Positions 59,286-64,000 of a stretch of 64,000 nt of DNA are shown piece after piece (position 1 is the stretch's first letter; each line of letters begins with the position of its first letter). The translations under genes were made by a program, and so were the position numbers. Source of the DNA: Bacteroidales bacterium (lineage in GTDB: Bacteria > Bacteroidota > Bacteroidia > Bacteroidales > UBA932); assembly GCA_004552615.1 (NCBI GenBank), contig SFNZ01000002.1, positions 461 to 64,460 of the forward strand, read 5' to 3'. The notes beneath the pieces are model-generated. The model was not told the origin of the DNA. It was given only the letters and a program-made list of their open reading frames with translations, and made no database searches.

Positions 59286-60359
59286 ATGAGCGAAGTTCAT
59301 GTTTTCAATGCCGGTCCGTGTCTGCTTCCCCAGCAGGCCATCGACAGTTCTATCGAGGCCCTGAAAAATTTCAAGGGCACAGGTATTTCCGTACTTTCAG
59401 TATCCCACCGTTCCAAAGAGTGGGGAGAGGTGATGGACGAAGTCCGCGCCAACTGGAAAGAGCTCCTTCACATTCCTGATACCCATGAAGTGGTGTTCCT
59501 CGGAGGCGGAGCGAGCCTTCAGTTCCTCTATGTCGCAATGAATTTCCTGGAGCACAAGGCAGCCTATCTCGATACCGGAGTATGGGCTCACAAGGCACTC
59601 CAGCAGGCCCAGGGCATCGGAGAGGCATACGCTCTCGCTTGCTCGGCGGACAAGAACTACTCCTACATTCCCAAGGGATATGTGATTCCTGAAGACGTGG
59701 ACTATTTCCACATCACCACCAACAACACCATCTACGGCACCGAGATCAAGGAGGACTTCGACTCTCCTGTACCTCTCATCGCCGACATGTCGTCCGACAT
59801 CATGAGCCGTCCGGTGGACGTCTCCAAATATGCGATGATCTACGGCGGTGCTCAGAAGAATGTAGGCCCTGCCGGTGTGGTATTCGCTATCATCCGCAAG
59901 GATGCGCTCGGGAAAGTCTCGAGATACATCCCTACCATGCTGGACTACAGGACACATATTGACAAGGAGTCCATGTTCAACACTCCTCCTGTATTCTCCA
60001 TCTTCGTGATGAACGAGACCCTCAAATGGCTGAAGGGCATCGGCGGAGTCGAGGCCATCAACAAGCTTGACACCGAGAAGGCAAGAATACTCTACGACGA
60101 GATTGACCGCAACAGCATCTTCACCGGCACCGCAGCCAGGGAGGACAGGTCCATAATGAACGTATGTTTCGTGATGGCTCCTGGCTATGAGTCTCTCCAG
60201 GACGAATTCCTTTCATTCGCCAAAGGCCGCGGCATGGTTGGTATCAAGGGTCACCGTTCAGTGGGCGGATTCCGCGCATCCATCTACAACGCAAGCACCG
60301 TGGATGACGTGAACGCTCTCGTCGCATGTATGCGTGAATTCGAGTCAATGAAAAAATAA
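59286..60359 (+). CDS. serC: Phosphoserine aminotransferase
   Basis: [43 protein letters not shown] motifs. Confidence 0.98.
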   Translation: MSEVHVFNAGPCLLPQQAIDSSIEALKNFKGTGISVLSVSHRSKEWGEVMDEVRANWKELLHIPDTHEVVFLGGGASLQFLYVAMNFLEHKAAYLDTGVWAHKALQQAQGIGEAYALACSADKNYSYIPKGYVIPEDVDYFHITTNNTIYGTEIKEDFDSPVPLIADMSSDIMSRPVDVSKYAMIYGGAQKNVGPAGVVFAIIRKDALGKVSRYIPTMLDYRTHIDKESMFNTPPVFSIFVMNETLKWLKGIGGVEAINKLDTEKARILYDEIDRNSIFTGTAAREDRSIMNVCFVMAPGYESLQDEFLSFAKGRGMVGIKGHRSVGGFRASIYNASTVDDVNALVACMREFESMKK

Positions 60360-60368
60360 CACGTTGAT

Positions 60369-61289
60369 ATGAAAGTACTTATCGCTACACAGAAGCCTTT
60401 TGCCGCAGCTGCCGTGAAAGGTATCAGGGAAATATTGGAGAACGCCGGCAACGAGGTCGTGCTCCTCGAAAAATATCCTGGAGAGGATGAACTTGTGGCC
60501 GCCGTTGCAGATGCAGAGGCCATGATCGTGCGCTCCGACAAGGTGACGGCAAGAGTGCTGGATGCCGCTCCGAAGCTGAAGATTGTAGTTCGCGCCGGAG
60601 CCGGATTCGACAATGTGGACCTCGCTGCAGCCACCGCTCACGGAGTTGTCGTGGAGAATACTCCGGGACAGAATTCCAATGCGGTTGCAGAACTTGCCAT
60701 TGCAATGATGATTTTCATGTGCAGGAACCAGTTCACCCCTGCCACCGGATCCGAGATCCAGGGAAAGCGTATCGGTATCCAGGCCTTCGGCAATGTCGGA
60801 CGTCTCGTCGGCAAGAAGGCTGAGGCCCTCGGCCTGAAGGTCCTCGCAGTGGATCCGTTCATCCCGGCAGAGAAGATCGCCGAGGCAGGTGCGCAGCCGG
60901 TAGGCAGCGTGGCCGAGCTCTATGCTTCGTCAGATTTCGTTTCAGTGCATATCCCTGCCACTCCGGAAACCATCGGTTCAATCGGTTATGACCTGATTAC
61001 CAGTATGCCGAAGGGCGCTGTGCTCGTAAATACCGCCCGCAAGGAGGTGATCGACGAGGCAGGTCTGGAGAAAGCCCTCGAGGACAGGCCTGACATCAAG
61101 TATGTGACTGACGTGGCTCCGGACAATTATGCCGCCCTCCAGGAGAAATTCGGCCTCAGGGTCTTCGCCACGCCTAAGAAAATGGGCGCCCAGACATCGG
61201 AGGCCAATGTGAATGCTGGACTTGCCGCAGCACGCCAGATCGTGGCATTCTTCACCGAGGGATGCACCCGTTTCCAGGTCAATAGATAA
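60369..61289 (+). CDS. serA: D-3-phosphoglycerate dehydrogenase, short type without ACT domain
   Basis: RAGAGFDNVD, NTPGQNSNAVAEL, NTAR, TPKKMGAQT; follows serC. Confidence 0.88.
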   Translation: MKVLIATQKPFAAAAVKGIREILENAGNEVVLLEKYPGEDELVAAVADAEAMIVRSDKVTARVLDAAPKLKIVVRAGAGFDNVDLAAATAHGVVVENTPGQNSNAVAELAIAMMIFMCRNQFTPATGSEIQGKRIGIQAFGNVGRLVGKKAEALGLKVLAVDPFIPAEKIAEAGAQPVGSVAELYASSDFVSVHIPATPETIGSIGYDLITSMPKGAVLVNTARKEVIDEAGLEKALEDRPDIKYVTDVAPDNYAALQEKFGLRVFATPKKMGAQTSEANVNAGLAAARQIVAFFTEGCTRFQVNR

Positions 61290-61316
61290 TATTCACCCGA
61301 TAACAGACAATCCAAT

Positions 61317-62573
61317 ATGGTAAGAGTCAAACCGTTCGCAGCTATCAGACCTCCGAAGGACATCGTGACGGAGGTGGCTGCTCCGCCTTACGACGTGCTC
61401 AATTCGGAGGAGGCGCTAAGACAGGCAGGGGAGAAGTCCCTTCTTCATATCACCAAGCCGGAGATTGATTTTGACCCGATTCTCCCGGACCATGACCAGC
61501 GTGTTTATGACCGTGCCGTGAAGAATTTCGCAGACTGGCAGGCCAGGGGATGGCTTGTGCAGGATGAGAAGCCTTGCTACTATATTTATTCTCAGTCAGT
61601 TCTTTCCGGTGAGCAGCGTACTCAGTACGGAATCGTGCTCTGCGCCCATACAGACGACTATGCAGAGGGCAAGATCAAGAAGCACGAACTTACCCGCAAG
61701 GACAAGGAGGATGACAGGATGATTCACGTCCGCATCCAGAATGCCAATATCGAACCGGTGTTCTTTGCATTCAAGGAGAATGCAAGGCTTTCCGGGATTG
61801 TGTCCGGCATCGTGGCCGCGGAGGAGCCTGTCTATTCTTTCGTGGACGAGAACAATTTCGGTCACAAGCTCTGGGTTGTCTCGGATGATGCTGTCATCGA
61901 GGCCATTACAAAGGAGTTCACGGAGCATGTGGATGCCTTCTATGTGGCTGACGGACATCATCGTACAGCAGCTGCAGCCCGTGTAGGCGCAGAGAAGAGA
62001 GCCCAGAATCCGAATCATACCGGCAACGAGGAATACAATTATTTCATGGCTGTATGCTTCCCGGAGAACGAGCTGAAGATAATGGATTACAACCGCGTGG
62101 TCAAGGATCTCAACGGGCTTTCCGAAGAGGAGTTCCTGAAGGTCCTTGATGAGGACTTCGAGGTGAAGCCTTATGAGGGTGAGGGACCTTACCGCCCTGA
62201 CCATCTGCACAATTTCTCCATGTACCTCGGAGGACGCTGGTATTCTCTCGAGACCCGTGAGGGAAGGTACGACGACACTGACCCTATCGGCGTTCTCGAC
62301 GTGACCGTTCTCTCGAATCTTGTGCTTGACAAGATATTGGGAATCAAGGATCTGCGTACAGACAAGAGGATTGATTTCGTAGGCGGGATCCGTGGACTCG
62401 GGGAGCTCTCGAGGCGAGTTGATAGCGGCGAGATGAAAGTGGCCTTCGCCCTTTATCCCGTTTCCATGAAGCAGCTTACCGACATTGCCGACAGCGGGGA
62501 GATAATGCCTCCGAAGACGACCTGGTTCGAGCCTAAGCTCCGTTCAGGCCTCGCCATCCACAAACTGGCATAA
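61317..62573 (+). CDS. DUF1015-family protein
   Basis: APPYDV, IKKHELT, YVADGHHR, MPPKTTWFEPKLRSGL motifs. Confidence 0.93.
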   Translation: MVRVKPFAAIRPPKDIVTEVAAPPYDVLNSEEALRQAGEKSLLHITKPEIDFDPILPDHDQRVYDRAVKNFADWQARGWLVQDEKPCYYIYSQSVLSGEQRTQYGIVLCAHTDDYAEGKIKKHELTRKDKEDDRMIHVRIQNANIEPVFFAFKENARLSGIVSGIVAAEEPVYSFVDENNFGHKLWVVSDDAVIEAITKEFTEHVDAFYVADGHHRTAAAARVGAEKRAQNPNHTGNEEYNYFMAVCFPENELKIMDYNRVVKDLNGLSEEEFLKVLDEDFEVKPYEGEGPYRPDHLHNFSMYLGGRWYSLETREGRYDDTDPIGVLDVTVLSNLVLDKILGIKDLRTDKRIDFVGGIRGLGELSRRVDSGEMKVAFALYPVSMKQLTDIADSGEIMPPKTTWFEPKLRSGLAIHKLA

Positions 62574-62652
62574 ACCGGGCATGGGGCATATGCCCGCTCC
62601 GGTTTATATGAAATCAGCCAAAATGCGATTTTAAATGCATTTTGGCTGATTT
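62570..62652. terminator. Two tandem hairpins between convergent genes, possible bidirectional terminator
   Basis: ATAAACCGG...CCGGTTTAT and perfect 16-bp AAATCAGCCAAAATGC / GCATTTTGGCTGATTT (62611-62652). Confidence 0.65.
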
Positions 62653-62682
62653 AATTTTGTGTCATATCGTCGGGCGTCCTTC

Positions 62683-62719
62683 TGTCATTTCGAACGGGCG
62701 CAGCGCGTGGAGAAATCTC
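62683..62719. repeat. REP-like unit, second copy of the 14366 family
   Basis: TGTCATTTCGAACGGGCGCAGCGCGTGGAGAAATCTC aligns with TGTCATCTCGACCAAGCGAAGCGCCTGGAGAGATTTC. Confidence 0.7.
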
Positions 62720-63170
62720 AGAACGGCAGATCGTCCTCCGGTATGTCCTCTATCGAATGAGGCGGAACCTGCTGGGGTCCGGCCCCGTATGAAGGAGCAA
62801 ATCCGGCCGGAACATCCTGATATCCGGAGGCAGGAGCGGTTCCTGCCGTATTCTGGCCGTAAGCCGGCGCTCCGTATCCGGAGGCAGGAGCCTGTGCACC
62901 GGCAGGAGAAATCCTCCACGCACGGAGATCAGTGTACCACTTGCCGTTGAACTCCCGGCTCGACACGTTGAACGCCACCTTGATCTGGTCGCCCGGCTGA
63001 TATTTCTCCAGGTCCTTCACCTTGTCGGCGCCCCATACACTGAAACAAGCCTTTGAAGGGAAATTCCCTTCCTGGAACTCGATTACGAATTCCTGCTTGG
63101 CCCAGTCTCCGCGTGCTGACTTGCCGGACTGGATGCCCAATTTCTGGATGAGTCTACCTTCGATTTCCAT
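62718..63170 (-). CDS. DUF3127-family OB-fold protein (SSB-like)
   Basis: W.KQEFVIE, SREFNGKWYTDLRAWRI; low-complexity linker; C-terminal DDLPF. Confidence 0.92.
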   Translation of the reverse strand: MEIEGRLIQKLGIQSGKSARGDWAKQEFVIEFQEGNFPSKACFSVWGADKVKDLEKYQPGDQIKVAFNVSSREFNGKWYTDLRAWRISPAGAQAPASGYGAPAYGQNTAGTAPASGYQDVPAGFAPSYGAGPQQVPPHSIEDIPEDDLPF

Positions 63171-63181
63171 GTCTGGGAAAA

Positions 63182-63988
63182 TTATTCTGCCTGGCCCTCT
63201 TCCTCTACTGGAGCAAGCTTGTTCACCTTCACGATGTCGAGGTCGAAGATAAGAGTGCTGTTAGGCTCGATGCCCCTGTTGCCGTTCTCGCCGTATGCGA
63301 GCTCTGCAGGGATGAAAAGCCTCATTGCACCGCCTTCGCCGATCAGCTGGAGACCCTCTGTCCATCCTTTGATAACGCGGTTGAGAAGCATGCGCACTCC
63401 GTCCGGAGTCTTAGGAGACTCGTCAAATACGGTTCCGTCGAGGAGAGTTCCCTTGTAATGTACATATACTGTGTCGGCAGGACCCGGCTTCACGTCGTTT
63501 CCGGCATTGCGGATGATGTACTGGAGGCCGCTTGCAGTGGTCTGTACGCTGTCCTTTTTGGCATTCTCTGCGAGGAACTTGATTTCCTTCTGCTTGTTGA
63601 CAGCCATTGTGTAGTCACGCCTCTTGGCGAGGTAGCTGTTGAAAGTCTCGTTGATGGCCTCAGGGTTGATCTTGAACTGCTTTGCGTAGTTGCTGTCGCT
63701 GTAGTTGCCCTTTGCCTGGAGGAAGTCGATGATACCCTTCTTTATGAGAGCATAGTTCAGGTCTTCTCCGAAATTGTAACCTTTGATGAATGATCCGAAG
63801 TTGACACCGATGAGGTAGCTTACGGAGTCAATCTCGCTTCTTCTCGGAGCGAAAGTCTTGGGATCTACCGGTTTTACGACTGAAGTTGAGTCAGCGCCGT
63901 TTGCTGTAGCTTTTGAACTGCCGTTTGAAGAGCAGGATGCTGCGGTGATGAAAACAAGTGCCGCAGCGAGAATTTTGATGGTTTTCAT
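63182..63988 (-). CDS. FKBP-type peptidyl-prolyl isomerase, lipoprotein
   Basis: Lipobox AASC; DSVSYLIG, TASGLQY, VHYKGTLLDGTVFD, VIKGWTEGLQL, PAELAYG motifs. Confidence 0.96.
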   Translation of the reverse strand: MKTIKILAAALVFITAASCSSNGSSKATANGADSTSVVKPVDPKTFAPRRSEIDSVSYLIGVNFGSFIKGYNFGEDLNYALIKKGIIDFLQAKGNYSDSNYAKQFKINPEAINETFNSYLAKRRDYTMAVNKQKEIKFLAENAKKDSVQTTASGLQYIIRNAGNDVKPGPADTVYVHYKGTLLDGTVFDESPKTPDGVRMLLNRVIKGWTEGLQLIGEGGAMRLFIPAELAYGENGNRGIEPNSTLIFDLDIVKVNKLAPVEEEGQAE

Positions 63989-64000
63989 TGTTATTTGTTT

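Overview
Core-genome window from a GC-rich Bacteroidales-type chromosome, judged from gene repertoire, gene order and TAnnTTTG promoter boxes. It holds the end of the alpha ribosomal operon (rpsM partial, rpsK, rpsD, rpoA, rplQ), a membrane pyrophosphatase, a LacI regulator, rsgA, MATE and MFS transporters, tRNA-Leu(TAA), fabG, the mreBCD-mrdA-rodA operon, ispD, an Lrp regulator, topA, PBP1A-ddl-prmC, U32 and M16 peptidase-like genes, hemW, aminopeptidase P, a lone sdhC, pyrH-frr, an aromatic amino-acid operon, lpxK, dusB, pfkA, miaA, pyrB, serC-serA-DUF1015, DUF3127 and an FKBP. No transposase, integrase, prophage or CRISPR array was seen. The strongest unannotated signal is a 21-codon Phe/Tyr-rich leader peptide (MSNNSTRFSGFGFYYYFYPSR) with alternative antiterminator and terminator hairpins in front of the pheA operon, a candidate dual Phe/Tyr attenuator. 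Several small non-coding palindromic elements were also found (5.2-5.4 kb, 14.0-14.4 kb, 40.6-40.8 kb, 62.7 kb), most carrying GNA-triloop mini-hairpins. All calls come from reading the sequence and recognising motifs; no database searches were run.
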